A stretch of DNA of 64,000 nucleotides from Sedimentisphaerales bacterium (GTDB lineage Bacteria; Planctomycetota; Phycisphaerae; Sedimentisphaerales; SM23-30), in the NCBI GenBank assembly GCA_963663805.2, contig CAXXMR010000002.1:111949-175948 (forward strand), in the 5' to 3' direction. The first letter of the stretch is position 1; each line of letters starts with the position of its first letter. The notes below the pieces were generated by a model. It saw only the letters and a program-made list of their open reading frames with translations, had not been told where the DNA came from and searched no databases. Position numbers and translations under genes: made by a program. Positions 39,959 to 52,217 of this stretch are shown here, one piece after another.

Positions 39959-40747
39959 TTAATCGTCTTGGGGCAGAAAACAGGTCAGGGTGTAGAGGGC
40001 TGCTGAGGTTATTACTATGCAGGCGCCGGTGGGGAGGTTTATGTAGTAGGAGACGGCGAATCCGGTTATGGCCGCGAGGGTGCCGGATAGCATGGCGATG
40101 ATTACTACGGCTCGGTAGCCGCGGGCGATTCGGTAGGCGGTTGCGGCGGGGCAGACCAATAGACTGAAAATGAGCAGGCCGCCTACGGTTTTGAGGTTGA
40201 CCGCGAGTATCAGTCCGCAGAATAGTAAGAAGGCCAGGTAGACGCAGCGGGAATAGAGGCAGGTTGCTTCGGCGAGGGGGCGACTGAAAAGTATGGCTCT
40301 GAGCGGGCGGTCGAAGAGGATGACGAATAGTATCAGGCCGGTGGTGAGCATGCTGGTGATTAATACTGTGGACCAGTCGGCGAAGAGTACGTTGCCCCAT
40401 AAGAGGCTGAGCATTTCGTTGCGGCTGTCCTGTTCGAGCCCGACGGCCAGGAACGCCAGGCCCATCATGAACGAGAGCAGGATTGCCTGGGCGGTGTTGG
40501 CGCCGAGGCTGCGTTTTTCGGTTCTGATGAAAGCGACGCCTGCTGAGCCGGCCATCGATAAGGCCAATGCGCCGAGGGTGGGGTTGACACCGAGCAGTGA
40601 GCCGTAGACGGCACCGACCATGGCGGTGTGGGAGATGCAACTGCCGATGAAAGGCATTCTCATGCCGACGATATAGACACCAAGCAGGCCGAGGCCCATG
40701 CCCGCTAATGCTCCGGCGATGATGATAGGCAGGAAGAAACTGTCCAT
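39959..40747 (-). CDS. metal ABC transporter permease (ZnuB-like)
   Basis: ISHTAMVG, LLWGNVL, KTVGGLLIFSLLVCPA. Confidence 0.9.
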   Translation of the reverse strand: MDSFFLPIIIAGALAGMGLGLLGVYIVGMRMPFIGSCISHTAMVGAVYGSLLGVNPTLGALALSMAGSAGVAFIRTEKRSLGANTAQAILLSFMMGLAFLAVGLEQDSRNEMLSLLWGNVLFADWSTVLITSMLTTGLILFVILFDRPLRAILFSRPLAEATCLYSRCVYLAFLLFCGLILAVNLKTVGGLLIFSLLVCPAATAYRIARGYRAVVIIAMLSGTLAAITGFAVSYYINLPTGACIVITSAALYTLTCFLPQDD

Positions 40748-41481
40748 TATAAATCGTCTCCGACTGATTGGGCCGCGGCGAGGGCGGTGGTTTTGTCGGT
40801 GTCTGTTAGTATCTGTCCCTTGTTAAGCACGACGACGCGTCGGCATGCTTCGGGCAGTAAATCCCATTCGTGTGATACGACCAATACGGTTATTTTGTTT
40901 TGGCTGAACATTTCCGAAAGAGTTTCCCGCAGTCGGTTTTTCCAGTTAGGGTCGAGGTTGGCGCCTGGTTCGTCGAGCAGTACCAAGCGGGGGTCGCTGA
41001 CCATGGCACGGGCGATGAGTGCTTTTTGCTGCTGGCCGCCGGACAGGGAACGAAAGGTCTGGTTCCGGCGTTGGTAGAGGCCGAGCTTGTCGAGCCAGTA
41101 GTCGATTTGCTGATAGTCTTCACGGTTGAGTTTGCCGATTAACGGTTTGCGGCTGTTACGGCCCAGGGCGACGATTTCGCGTAAGGTGAAGGGCAGGTGG
41201 CTGTTGTATTCGGCCTGCTGGGGGACGTAGCCGATGTGCTGGCGGAATTTTCGGAGCGGTCGCCAGGGTGAAACAGCCATGTTTTCACCGTCGAAAAATA
41301 TCTGGCCGTGAGTGGGGGGGATGGTTCCGCAGCATAGATGCAGCAATGTGGTTTTGCCGGCACCGTTAGGACCGACGATGCCTACGAACTCTCCTTCGTC
41401 GATACGCAGGGAATCTACGGCAAGTATGTTGTGTTTGCCGCGACGAATGAGAATGTTTTTCAGTTCCAGTAGACTGGGCAT
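40747..41481 (-). CDS. metal ABC transporter ATPase
   Basis: GPNGAGKT, LSGGQQQK, LLDEP. Confidence 0.92.
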   Translation of the reverse strand: MPSLLELKNILIRRGKHNILAVDSLRIDEGEFVGIVGPNGAGKTTLLHLCCGTIPPTHGQIFFDGENMAVSPWRPLRKFRQHIGYVPQQAEYNSHLPFTLREIVALGRNSRKPLIGKLNREDYQQIDYWLDKLGLYQRRNQTFRSLSGGQQQKALIARAMVSDPRLVLLDEPGANLDPNWKNRLRETLSEMFSQNKITVLVVSHEWDLLPEACRRVVVLNKGQILTDTDKTTALAAAQSVGDDL

Positions 41482-41482
41482 T

Positions 41483-42298
41483 TTATTGAGCGGTGGTTAG
41501 ATGTTTGACATTATTACGCAGCAGCTTTTCAAAGTTGCCGGGCCTGGTGCCGGCGGGAAAATTGCTGAACACTACCAGGTGGGCATTTAGTTCATCAGCG
41601 ATTCTTTGGGCCAGCTCGGTGCCTTCTTGGGCGTTGGCGATGATGATTGTGGTTTGGTTTTCCCGGCCGGCTTTGAGAACGGTTTCGATGTCGGCGGGGG
41701 TCATTATGTCTACGGCCTTGAAGGTTCCGACGACTTCCAGGCCCAGCCATTGGCAGAAATCGGCTTGATGATGGGAGGCGAGGACTTTGGCACCGGTCAG
41801 GTTGCTTTGTTTGATTTGTTCTTTTATTTCGACGGCAGTCTGGTTCAATCTGGTTTCGAGTTGAGTGATTTGCTTGTCGTATATGGTAGGGGCAATGTCA
41901 AGGTTTTCGCTGAGGTGGGGGATGATTTCTTGGCAGATGGCCAGGAAGGTTTCGGGTTTGACCAGCCCTTTTCGACCGGCTATGGCGACGATGGGACGTT
42001 CGGTGCGTTTTATCTGTTCGTCCAGGCCCCCCTGAAAATTGAAGCGGATGACGAGTTGGCTGTCGGCTATAGCTTTGACTTTGTCGGGGGAAATGTCGAA
42101 GTGGCCGGGACACATGCCCGGTTCTGCCAGTGAGAATACCTCGGCGTGGCTGTCTGTCAGTTCAGAGGTTGCCGCGGCGAGGTAGGTGTTACTGACGCAG
42201 ATTTTAGGGAGGCAGTCAGGGTTGGAATCGTCGGTTTTTTTGCATCCGGGCAGGATGGTTATTAAAGATAAGATTATAAATAACAAATAGTTACGCAT
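41483..42298 (-). CDS. metal ABC substrate-binding lipoprotein (TroA/ZnuA-like)
   Basis: Lipobox LPGC; MCPGHFD; SHHQ. Confidence 0.82.
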   Translation of the reverse strand: MRNYLLFIILSLITILPGCKKTDDSNPDCLPKICVSNTYLAAATSELTDSHAEVFSLAEPGMCPGHFDISPDKVKAIADSQLVIRFNFQGGLDEQIKRTERPIVAIAGRKGLVKPETFLAICQEIIPHLSENLDIAPTIYDKQITQLETRLNQTAVEIKEQIKQSNLTGAKVLASHHQADFCQWLGLEVVGTFKAVDIMTPADIETVLKAGRENQTTIIIANAQEGTELAQRIADELNAHLVVFSNFPAGTRPGNFEKLLRNNVKHLTTAQ

Positions 42299-42353
42299 AT
42301 TTTATTCCGACAGGTAAGGGTTTCCTAATTGCCTCGCGCATACTTTTTATAAA

Positions 42354-42396
42354 ATCGTAATACGATATAAATACCTTGCTGGGCAGATGATGTCAA
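42354..42396 (-). promoter_or_regulatory. promoter plus palindromic operator of the metal ABC operon
   Basis: TTGACA-17-TATTTA on the minus strand; ATCGTA-A-TACGAT palindrome at 42354-42366 just downstream. Confidence 0.5.
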
Positions 42397-42542
42397 TTCA
42401 AATGTTGGACTGTCAGGTTGGCATTTGGCAAGGGAGCAGGTGACATGGTGGCAGGGAGGAGGGTTTTGAGGGAGATCCGATTTTTATTTGTAAATACTTG
42501 CTGTAAAGCTGTTTATATATGTAACTCATTAGTTTTTGTGGT

Positions 42543-42559
42543 TTGGCACTAACTTTGCT
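42543..42559 (+). promoter_or_regulatory. sigma54 (-24/-12) promoter of the chaperone operon
   Basis: TTGGCACTAACTTTGCT = GG-N10-GC consensus. Confidence 0.75.
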
Positions 42560-42683
42560 CTGGTGATGGGTGTTGGATAGTCTATGTCCTGACGGGCAAG
42601 TATCCAGAGTAGTGGTAATTAAGGTATGTTTTACCGAAACTGAAGAAAAATTCAGGGTAAGTTATTGTTAAGGAGACATTTAG

Positions 42684-44387
<1,704 letters not shown>

Positions 44388-44456
44388 GTCGTTCTTTAGC
44401 GTGATTGATTGGTAAGTTAAATTTAACCATTAAACAATATAAGACGGAGTTATGAT

Positions 44457-44744
44457 ATGAAGATCAAACCTTTGGATGACAGGATTCTGGTCAAGCAGAG
44501 TGAAGCGGAAACCAAAACAGCCGGCGGGATTGTGCTGCCGGACAGCGCTAAAGAAAAACCCCAGCAGGGTAAAGTTGTCGCGGTTGGTCCGGGCAAAATG
44601 CTGGACAGCGGCGAGCGTGGCGCTGTGGCGGTTAAAAAAGGCGATGTGATTTTTTACGGCAAGTACGCCGGCAGTGATATTGAAGTTGATGGCGAGAAGT
44701 TTGTGATTTTGCGTGAGAGCGATGTTCTGGCAGTGCTGGACTAA
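44457..44744 (+). CDS. groS: co-chaperonin GroES
   Basis: MKIKPLDDRILVK...TAGGIVLPDSAKEKP. Confidence 0.97.
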   Translation: MKIKPLDDRILVKQSEAETKTAGGIVLPDSAKEKPQQGKVVAVGPGKMLDSGERGAVAVKKGDVIFYGKYAGSDIEVDGEKFVILRESDVLAVLD

Positions 44745-44783
44745 GTTACCGAATAATAAAAAAAGAAATAAACGGAGTTTATT

Positions 44784-46394
44784 ATGGCCAAGCAAATGAT
44801 GTATGATGACGCAGCTCGTCGTGCCATGCGTGACGGTTTGTCGCAACTGGCGGCGGCGGTCAAGGTGACGATGGGTCCTACCGGTCGCAACGTGGTTCTG
44901 CAGAAGAGTTACGGTTCGCCGAAAGTGACCAAAGACGGAGTAAGTGTCGCCAAGGAAATTGAACTGCCTGAGGCATTCAAGAATATGGGCGCCAAGATGG
45001 TTAATCAGGTCGCCAGCAAGACCTCCGATGTCGCCGGTGACGGCACGACCACGGCGACGGTTCTGGCTGAAGCTATTTTCAGCGAAGGTCTGAAATATGT
45101 AACGGCGGGCGTTAATCCAATGGCTTTACAGCGTGGTATCAATCAGGCTGTTGCCGCGGCGGTTGAGTCTATCAAGAAACAGTCGAAGAAGGTCAAGGGC
45201 AGTGACGATATTGCCAAGGTTGGCACGATTTCAGCGAATAATGACCCGGTTATCGGCAAGCTGCTGGCTGACGCGATGGAAAAGGTCGGTCAGGCGGGCG
45301 TTATCGAGGTCGAAGAAGGCAAGGGCATGGAGACCGAACTGGAAGTCGTCGAAGGCATGCAGTTCGACAAAGGTTATCTGTCCCCTTACTTTGTGACCAA
45401 AGCTAACACCATGGAAGCGATTCTGGAAGATTGCTATATTCTGATTCACGAGAAGAAAATTAGCAATCTGCGGGAAATGGTACCGTTGCTGGAAAAAATC
45501 GCGAGCGCTTCCAAGCCACTTTTGATTATCGCTGAGGATGTTGAAGGCGAAGCTCTGGCGGCACTGGTAATTAACCGTCTGCGGGGTATTTTGAATATCG
45601 CCGCGGTTAAGGCTCCGGGTTTTGGCGATCGTCGCAAGGCTATGTTGGGTGACATTGCGGCGGTTACCGGCGGCGAACTGATTACCGAGGACCTGGGTGT
45701 CAAGCTGGAGAGCATTGAGCTTTCGCAGTTGGGGCAGGCTCGCAAGGTAGTGATTTCCAAAGATGCCACCACTATCGTCGAAGGTGCCGGTAAGAAGAAA
45801 GATATTACGCAGCGTGTCAGTCAGATTAAGACTCAAATTGAAAAGACCACGAGTGATTATGACCGCGAAAAACTTCAGGAACGCTTGGCCAAGCTGACTG
45901 GCGGCGTTGCCATCGTGCGGGCAGGGGCCGCGACTGAAATCGAGATGAAGGAACGCAAGGACTTGCTTGATGACGCATTGCACGCTACTCGTGCCGCGAC
46001 TGAAGAAGGTGTGATTCCCGGCGGTGGTGTGGTTTATCTGCGGGCGATTGAAGCGGTTAAGAAAGCCCAGAAAGAAGTCGCAGGCGACGAAGCGCTGGGT
46101 TTTGATATTGTGGCCAAGGCTCTTACTTATCCGACCCGTCAGATTGTCGATAACAGCGGCGAAGACGGCGCAATGGTCGTCGCGGAACTGATGGAGAAAA
46201 AAGGTTCGGCAGGCTATAACGCCGCGACTGGCGAATATGTTGATATGTTCGAGGCAGGTATTATCGACCCCGCCAAGGTGGTTCGCAGTGCTTTGCAGAA
46301 CGCCGCGAGCGTAGTTGGTACTATGTTGACAACCAATGTGATGATAACCGACCTGGACGATGATGAAGAGCCGGGTGAGGAAGTTGTCTGGTAA
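44784..46394 (+). CDS. groL: chaperonin GroEL, copy 2 (acidic tail)
   Basis: [18 protein letters not shown]; ends [14 protein letters not shown]. Confidence 0.96.
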   Translation: MAKQMMYDDAARRAMRDGLSQLAAAVKVTMGPTGRNVVLQKSYGSPKVTKDGVSVAKEIELPEAFKNMGAKMVNQVASKTSDVAGDGTTTATVLAEAIFSEGLKYVTAGVNPMALQRGINQAVAAAVESIKKQSKKVKGSDDIAKVGTISANNDPVIGKLLADAMEKVGQAGVIEVEEGKGMETELEVVEGMQFDKGYLSPYFVTKANTMEAILEDCYILIHEKKISNLREMVPLLEKIASASKPLLIIAEDVEGEALAALVINRLRGILNIAAVKAPGFGDRRKAMLGDIAAVTGGELITEDLGVKLESIELSQLGQARKVVISKDATTIVEGAGKKKDITQRVSQIKTQIEKTTSDYDREKLQERLAKLTGGVAIVRAGAATEIEMKERKDLLDDALHATRAATEEGVIPGGGVVYLRAIEAVKKAQKEVAGDEALGFDIVAKALTYPTRQIVDNSGEDGAMVVAELMEKKGSAGYNAATGEYVDMFEAGIIDPAKVVRSALQNAASVVGTMLTTNVMITDLDDDEEPGEEVVW

Positions 46395-46412
46395 TTGGTT
46401 TTTAATATAAAT

Positions 46413-46454
46413 GAAGTGTCGCGGCTGAAGCGGTCGCGGCACTTCGTTTTTTTT
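46413..46454 (+). terminator. intrinsic terminator between groEL2 and dnaJ
   Basis: GAAGTGTCGCGGCTG-AAG-CGGTCGCGGCACTTC followed by G and T8. Confidence 0.75.
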
Positions 46455-46486
46455 GTGGATGTCATGGTTAAGCTGGAGTTTGTTTG

Positions 46487-47620
46487 ATGGCGGCCAAGCG
46501 TGATTATTACGAGGTTTTGGGGGTCAAGCGTGATGCTTCGGCTGATGACATCAAGCGTTCGTATCGTCGGCTGGCGATGAAGTATCACCCGGACAAGAAT
46601 CCGGGCGACAAGGAAGCGGAGCAGAAGTTCAAGGAATGCGCCGAGGCTTATGAGGTTTTGAGCGACACGGCCAAGCGTCAGCGTTATGACCAGTACGGCC
46701 ATGACGGTTTGCGCGGGGCGGGTATGCATGACTTCAATCACATGGGCATGGACGATATATTCAGCATGTTCGATGATATTTTCGGGGGGCGTCGTCGCAG
46801 CGGCGGCACCCGGCGGGGAGTCAGTCGCGGTTACGACATTGAAACTCAAATCGAGATTAAGCTGAAAGATGTTTTGACGGGTGTGGAAAAGGAAATCGAA
46901 TTTGAACGGAGGGATATTTGCGGACACTGTTCGGGCAGTGGTTCGGAGCCGGGTCATCCGCCGCAGGTGTGTGTGCAATGTGGTGGTCAGGGCCAGGTTC
47001 AGCAGGCCGGCATGGGGGGGCTGTTTCGGATGGTGACAACTTGTCCACGTTGCGGCGGGCAGGGCAAGACGATTGTCAAGCCGTGCAGTAAATGTCAAGG
47101 CACGGGCAGAGAAAGCAAGAAACGCCGAGTTAGTCTGAAGATGCCTGCCGGAATTAGGGACGGTCAGGCGGTACGGGTGCATGGCGAAGGTGAACCGGGC
47201 CAGGGAGGCGGGCCCGCGGGTGATTTATATTGTTATGTGAAAGTTGCCGAGCATCCGTTTTTAATGCGAAACGATGATGATTTGGTGGCGCGGGTGCCGA
47301 TTAGTTTTACGCAGGCGGCATTGGGTGCCAAGATCGAAGTTCCTTCACTGAACGGTCGGCAGGAAGTTGAAATCGAGGCGGGCACGCAGCATGGAGCGAT
47401 TATCCAGATGCGGGGCCAGGGGCTGCCGAATATTCAGAGTGGGCGGCGGGGTTCGCTGCTGGTACAGGTGCTGGTGGAGATACCGAAGAAACTCAACAAA
47501 GAACAGAAAAATATTCTGCGGGATTTTGCCAAGACCGAAGATAAATCGGTTATGCCGGAAAGTAAAGGTTTCTTTGAACGTTTGAAGGAACATTTCACGG
47601 CGGAAAATCATCATCATTAA
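46487..47620 (+). CDS. dnaJ: chaperone DnaJ
   Basis: HPD J-domain; four CxxCxGxG repeats. Confidence 0.97.
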   Translation: MAAKRDYYEVLGVKRDASADDIKRSYRRLAMKYHPDKNPGDKEAEQKFKECAEAYEVLSDTAKRQRYDQYGHDGLRGAGMHDFNHMGMDDIFSMFDDIFGGRRRSGGTRRGVSRGYDIETQIEIKLKDVLTGVEKEIEFERRDICGHCSGSGSEPGHPPQVCVQCGGQGQVQQAGMGGLFRMVTTCPRCGGQGKTIVKPCSKCQGTGRESKKRRVSLKMPAGIRDGQAVRVHGEGEPGQGGGPAGDLYCYVKVAEHPFLMRNDDDLVARVPISFTQAALGAKIEVPSLNGRQEVEIEAGTQHGAIIQMRGQGLPNIQSGRRGSLLVQVLVEIPKKLNKEQKNILRDFAKTEDKSVMPESKGFFERLKEHFTAENHHH

Positions 47621-47651
47621 ACAGCTAGTTTATATTTAACGGATTTTAGTA

Positions 47652-48227
47652 ATGGCTGGAAAAAAGAATAAGAATGACCAGGGAAATAACGAAGCTGAGC
47701 TGAATCAGGAGCAAACCGAGTCTACTGAAACTACCGAGGCCGACGCTGAGCCGCAAGCCAAAACACCTGAGCAGGAGCTGGGGGAGGTTAAGGCTATGCT
47801 TCAGCGTGTCGCGGCGGATTATCAGAATTATCAGAAGCGGATGAACCGGCAGCTCGAACAGACGCGGCAGTTGGCCCAGGAGGGGATTTTGCGTTCGCTG
47901 CTGGCGGTGATGGATAATCTGGACCATACGCTGGAGAAAGGTAAGGAAGCACCGGATGCGATTACCGTTTTGCAGGGTGTGCAGATTATTTCCGACCAGT
48001 TCAAAGATGTACTCAAAGGGTTCGGTATGACTCGCATTGCGGTTAAGCCCGGCGATGAGTTTGACCCGACTCGGCACGAAGCCTTGCTGCACGAGCCGAC
48101 GCATGATTTCGCGGAGAACACCATTGTTCGCGAATTAGCTCCGGGTTATCAGGTTGATGAGCGGATTTTACGGCCGGCGAAGGTTTCGGTGGCACGTAAG
48201 GCGGAAGAAGAAAACCAGGGACAGTAA
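47652..48227 (+). CDS. grpE: nucleotide exchange factor GrpE
   Basis: ADYQNYQKR, FDPTRHEA, GY...LRPAKVSV. Confidence 0.95.
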   Translation: MAGKKNKNDQGNNEAELNQEQTESTETTEADAEPQAKTPEQELGEVKAMLQRVAADYQNYQKRMNRQLEQTRQLAQEGILRSLLAVMDNLDHTLEKGKEAPDAITVLQGVQIISDQFKDVLKGFGMTRIAVKPGDEFDPTRHEALLHEPTHDFAENTIVRELAPGYQVDERILRPAKVSVARKAEEENQGQ

Positions 48228-48254
48228 TAGGGGCGAAAGCGGTGAGGTTTTGTT

Positions 48255-48572
48255 ATGCCTACTTATGAATATATTTGTAAAAGTTGCGGACACGAATTTG
48301 AAAAGTTTCAGTCGATAACGGCTGAGGCGATTAAAAAATGTCCCGAATGCGGCAAGAACACCGCCAAGCGTTTGATAGGTAAAGGTGCGGGCGTGATTTT
48401 CAAGGGCAGCGGTTTTTACGAGACTGATTATCGCAGCGAAAGTTATCAGAAGTCGGCCAAGGCTGACAAGGAAAGCGGCAGTGCCCAGAGCAGCTCTACC
48501 GAAAAGAGCAGCAAGCCGGCTTCCGAATCCAAGAAAACTTCATCAACTTCTACCGACAGTGGGGATAAATAG
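48255..48572 (+). CDS. FmdB-family zinc ribbon protein
   Basis: MPTYEYICKSCG...CPECG...FKGSGFYETDY. Confidence 0.9.
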   Translation: MPTYEYICKSCGHEFEKFQSITAEAIKKCPECGKNTAKRLIGKGAGVIFKGSGFYETDYRSESYQKSAKADKESGSAQSSSTEKSSKPASESKKTSSTSTDSGDK

Positions 48573-48574
48573 CG

Positions 48575-48745
48575 GTGAGATGGTCACGTTGTCCAATCTG
48601 CAAGAGTGAAATCAAGGCCGATAGTCGCGGCGAGCATTTTCCTTTTTGCAGCGAGCGTTGTCAGATGGTGGATTTGGGCCGTTGGCTGGTGGGGGATTAC
48701 AAGATTCCAACCGATGAACCAGCGTCAGGAGATGACCTGGAGTAG
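48575..48745 (+). CDS. yacG: DNA gyrase inhibitor YacG (56 aa, below the track cutoff)
   Basis: Manual translation MRWSRCPICK...FPFCSERCQMVDLGRWLVGDYKIP... Confidence 0.92.
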   Translation: MRWSRCPICKSEIKADSRGEHFPFCSERCQMVDLGRWLVGDYKIPTDEPASGDDLE

Positions 48746-48798
48746 TCGGGCGGGGCGGATATCTTGACATCCGGGTCGGCGGGGGGATAAATAATCTT

Positions 48799-48826
48799 TT
48801 GCAATCGTGATTGGCCGCGCTATAAT
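48799..48826 (+). promoter_or_regulatory. sigma70-type promoter
   Basis: TTGCAA-16-TATAAT upstream of 48937. Confidence 0.5.
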
Positions 48827-48936
48827 GGCCTTGGCTGATTTATCAGGTGTTTGAGTGGCATGTCCACGTTGGATGCGTGATGAATCAGTTCTGTTTCGTT
48901 TGAAGATTATAACACGGGTCGATATAGGAGCTGAAC

Positions 48937-50709
48937 ATGTCAGGGAATCAGAACAATTTGGGCGGGAGTTGTGATTGGCGGGCTATTCTGGGTGGTCATC
49001 CTGTTTGGCTGCTGTTTCGGGGGTTTCGGGACGCCGCTTCGCCGCCGCGGATGATTCTGGCGTTGATTGGTATTGTGGTGATTTATCTGGCCGGCGGGCT
49101 TCTGGACGGGCTCACCCCGGCGGGCAGTCGGGTTGCGGTTTCGGGTAGCGGGACGGTTAACGAGTTGACATTGTATGTTGAAGACCCGCGGGCTTATACC
49201 GCCGCGGCGGTTACCAATCTTCACGAAGACGCTGAGCGGCTGCTGCTCAGTTTTCTGACGCGTGGGCCTTTGGATATGAATCGTGAGGAAGGTTTAGCGG
49301 CTATTCGAGAGACCGAAGCGCTGGGGATTATATCCGAAGTTTATCAAGAGCAGCTCAGCCGAGCGGTTGATGGTTTGGCCCAACGCTATGAAGTTCGACA
49401 GTCGGCAGTTGAGGAGGAATACGATGCCTTGCTGGAGCAGGCCGATGGAGCAAAGTCTAATGTGAAGACCGAACGCGACCGGAAGTTAGCGATTTTGCAG
49501 GACAGTTATCTGCGGCTCTTTGATTCGCTGTTCGCTCAGGATAAAACCTTGCGAATAGATTTAGATTTAATTGTCGCGGTTGATAATCGTTTAACAGGCA
49601 AGGCTCGTGATGAAGACCGGGCCGCGGTCGAGAAGCTGCGGGAGTTGATTGAAGGTACGCAGCGTTTAGCTCAGGCTTATGAGGCGGCGGAGAATGTTGA
49701 GGGGAAAGGAATTTTTTCGACCTGGATAAGTTTTAACGGGGCACGCTTCAAGCGAGTGGTTTCGGCACTGGTTTATGAACGTGATATGGTTGTTTTGCGT
49801 CGTGAGGTGACCCAGGCGGCGTTGAGTGTATTATGGCTGTGGCAATGTCACTGGCTGTTCGCGATACTATTGACTTTGACATGGCTGGCGGTATGGGCGG
49901 TGTTTGGTGGAACTATCAGCCGAATGGCCGCCATGCAGATTGCCCGGAATGAGCGTATCGGGCTGGTTACGGCATTCAATTACAGTGTGCGAAATTTTCA
50001 TAGTTTCTTTCTGGCACCGCTGGTGCCGGTGGGAGTGATATGCGGCTTGGCGATTTTAATCGGTGTGGGAGGATTGCTGGGCGCGGTGCCGATGCTGGGC
50101 GAGATTTTAGCGGCGTTGCTTATGCCCGCGGCTCTGCTGGGCGGGGCAATCATTACTTTGATGGCTATCGGTTTATTAGCGGGTTTGAATCTGATGTATC
50201 CGACGATAGCGATGGAGGGTTCGGATTGTCTTGACCCTATCAGTCGTTCGTTGAGTTATGTTTTGGCTCAGCCCTGGCGGATGGGGTTTTATGGTTTGAT
50301 CGCTTCGGTGTACGGAGCTTTATGTTATATTTTTGTACGTTTGTTTGCGTGGTTTATGATGCTGGTGGTGCATACCTCGGCTGGCTTTACGATGAACGCC
50401 GATGGTTCGGCGCTGAACGCGGTCCGGGGTAAGCTGGATGCGATTTGGCCGGTGCCTACTTTTGAGCAGTTGCAACCGGCGGTGAACTGGATGAGCCTGG
50501 GTAGTGCCGAGACGGTCGCGGCGGCTATGGTGTGGATATGGGTCGCATTAGTGGTCGGCCTGGTAATCGCCTTTGTGGTGAGCTATTATTTCACGGTGAA
50601 TACGACCATTTACGCTTTGCTGCGCCAGAAGACGGATTTGACCAATCTCGATGAGGTCTACACCGAAGAAGATATTCTCGATTTGGTTCAGGAAGAACCC
50701 TCGCCGTGA
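48937..50709 (+). CDS. multi-pass membrane protein with a large helical soluble region
   Basis: GGAG RBS; N-terminal TM, helical insert, about 6 C-terminal TM segments. Confidence 0.75.
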   Translation: MSGNQNNLGGSCDWRAILGGHPVWLLFRGFRDAASPPRMILALIGIVVIYLAGGLLDGLTPAGSRVAVSGSGTVNELTLYVEDPRAYTAAAVTNLHEDAERLLLSFLTRGPLDMNREEGLAAIRETEALGIISEVYQEQLSRAVDGLAQRYEVRQSAVEEEYDALLEQADGAKSNVKTERDRKLAILQDSYLRLFDSLFAQDKTLRIDLDLIVAVDNRLTGKARDEDRAAVEKLRELIEGTQRLAQAYEAAENVEGKGIFSTWISFNGARFKRVVSALVYERDMVVLRREVTQAALSVLWLWQCHWLFAILLTLTWLAVWAVFGGTISRMAAMQIARNERIGLVTAFNYSVRNFHSFFLAPLVPVGVICGLAILIGVGGLLGAVPMLGEILAALLMPAALLGGAIITLMAIGLLAGLNLMYPTIAMEGSDCLDPISRSLSYVLAQPWRMGFYGLIASVYGALCYIFVRLFAWFMMLVVHTSAGFTMNADGSALNAVRGKLDAIWPVPTFEQLQPAVNWMSLGSAETVAAAMVWIWVALVVGLVIAFVVSYYFTVNTTIYALLRQKTDLTNLDEVYTEEDILDLVQEEPSP

Positions 50710-50819
50710 CCCTCTTGCCTGCCGTTAAAATAAACAACCCTGCCGAAGGCAGGCACCTCGCTGTTCACTCTTGCCTCTTGCCTTATACGCTTGGAATTTC
50801 CAGTTTATCTGGATTAAGC

Positions 50820-51371
50820 TCATTCCGAGTCGTAAGCGACAATGCTCTTTATGGGATAATCTTTCAGAACTTCACGACCGTTCAGGAATGATAGCTCTAT
50901 CAGAAAGACGATGCCGGCAACTGTCCCGCCGAGGCGTTCGACCAGTTGACAGCAGGCTTTCATGGTCCCGCCCGTGGCGAGCAGGTCATCAACCAGCAGA
51001 ACACGCTGGCCGGGTTTGATAGCGTCGGCGTGGATTTCGAGTTTGTCCGTTCCGTATTCCAGACTGTATTCCTGAGAGATGGTCACGCCGGGCAGTTTGC
51101 CGGGTTTTCTGACCAGAACAAAGCCGCGATTGAGTTGGCAGGCGATGGGGGTTCCAAAAATGAAACCTCTGCTTTCGGTGCCCAGTACAATATCGAAAGA
51201 GTCCGGCGAAAAAGCGCAGGCCATCGCGGCGCAGGCGAGCTTCAATCCGTCGGGGTCAATCAGCAGGGTGGTGATGTCACGAAAAACTATAGGAGGCTTG
51301 GGAAAATCGGGAACACTGCGAATCAGACTTTTAAGCTTGCTCGCGATTTCGGTATCGGCCGTTGAGGGCAT
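50820..51371 (-). CDS. apt: adenine phosphoribosyltransferase
   Basis: PDFPKP..FRDIT, ESRGF, RKPGKLP, LEYG, VDDLLATGGT. Confidence 0.96.
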   Translation of the reverse strand: MPSTADTEIASKLKSLIRSVPDFPKPPIVFRDITTLLIDPDGLKLACAAMACAFSPDSFDIVLGTESRGFIFGTPIACQLNRGFVLVRKPGKLPGVTISQEYSLEYGTDKLEIHADAIKPGQRVLLVDDLLATGGTMKACCQLVERLGGTVAGIVFLIELSFLNGREVLKDYPIKSIVAYDSE

Positions 51372-51398
51372 TTAGTTATCCTTTTTGTCGCTGGTTGA

Positions 51399-52217
51399 CT
51401 ATTCTTCTTTGACGGTAAGAATCTCGTTGAGTTTGCCGAGAGCTTCTTTTTCGATTTGGCGGACACGTTCGCGGGTCAGGCCGACACGTTGGCCGATTTC
51501 CTTGAGGGTCATCGGTTCGTTCTGGTTAAGACCGAAACGAAGCCTCAGAACTTCAGCTTCCCGCACATCGATTTCACCCAGCAGGCGGATGATAGTCTCA
51601 ATTTCATCGGCATTAAAAACCGCTTCATCAGGGCGGGGAGTTTTATCGTCTTCGAGCATCTCGTTAAGCGAAAGGCTTTCGTCTCCGGAGGGCATCTGAC
51701 TGGGCGACGAGAACGCCTTGACTGCCCGACGGATAATCTTAACTTTGCGGGGAGGCATTTCCAGGGCTTCGCACATTTCCTCAAAAGAAGGCGCCCGACC
51801 GCTTTTATCTTCCATCTCGACAGCGATTTGCTTCCAGCGGGCAATCATTTCGACCATATAAGCGGGAATGTGGATAGGCTGGACGGTATTGATGAGGGCG
51901 CGTTTGATGGCTTGTTTTATCCACCAGGAAGCGTAAGTGCTGAACCGAGAACCTTGTTCCGGGTCGAAACCTTCCACCGCGCGAAGCAAACCCAGGTTCC
52001 CCTCTTCAATAAGGTCGGAAAGGGGCATACCCCGCTTGCTGTATTTTTTGGCGATATTAACGACGAGTCGTAGATTGCTGCGAATCATACGGTCACGCGC
52101 TTCAGGGTCGCTGTGCTCAATGATGCGGCGAGCCAGCATCTTTTCCTCGTCAGCTGTCAGAAGTGGGGCGGTGTTAATTTCCCCCAGATAAATTTGCAAG
52201 GTCGATTCTACAGCCAT
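51399..52217 (-). CDS. sigma70-family factor lacking region 1.1 (RpoS/SigB-like)
   Basis: SNLRLVVNIAKKY, DLIEEGNLGL, RFSTYASWWIKQAI, TRERVRQIE. Confidence 0.92.
   Translation of the reverse strand: MAVESTLQIYLGEINTAPLLTADEEKMLARRIIEHSDPEARDRMIRSNLRLVVNIAKKYSKRGMPLSDLIEEGNLGLLRAVEGFDPEQGSRFSTYASWWIKQAIKRALINTVQPIHIPAYMVEMIARWKQIAVEMEDKSGRAPSFEEMCEALEMPPRKVKIIRRAVKAFSSPSQMPSGDESLSLNEMLEDDKTPRPDEAVFNADEIETIIRLLGEIDVREAEVLRLRFGLNQNEPMTLKEIGQRVGLTRERVRQIEKEALGKLNEILTVKEE

Noticed and set aside
42543..42569. CIRCE element before groEL
   Set aside because: The left half matches 7/9 but the right half only 4/9. The same bases fit a sigma54 box exactly.
45231..47182. Long antisense ORFs (403 aa and 322 aa, and similar shadows over ugd, rpsA, serC and DUF1501)
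   Set aside because: They are shadows of well-conserved genes on the opposite strand, with no motifs or RBS.
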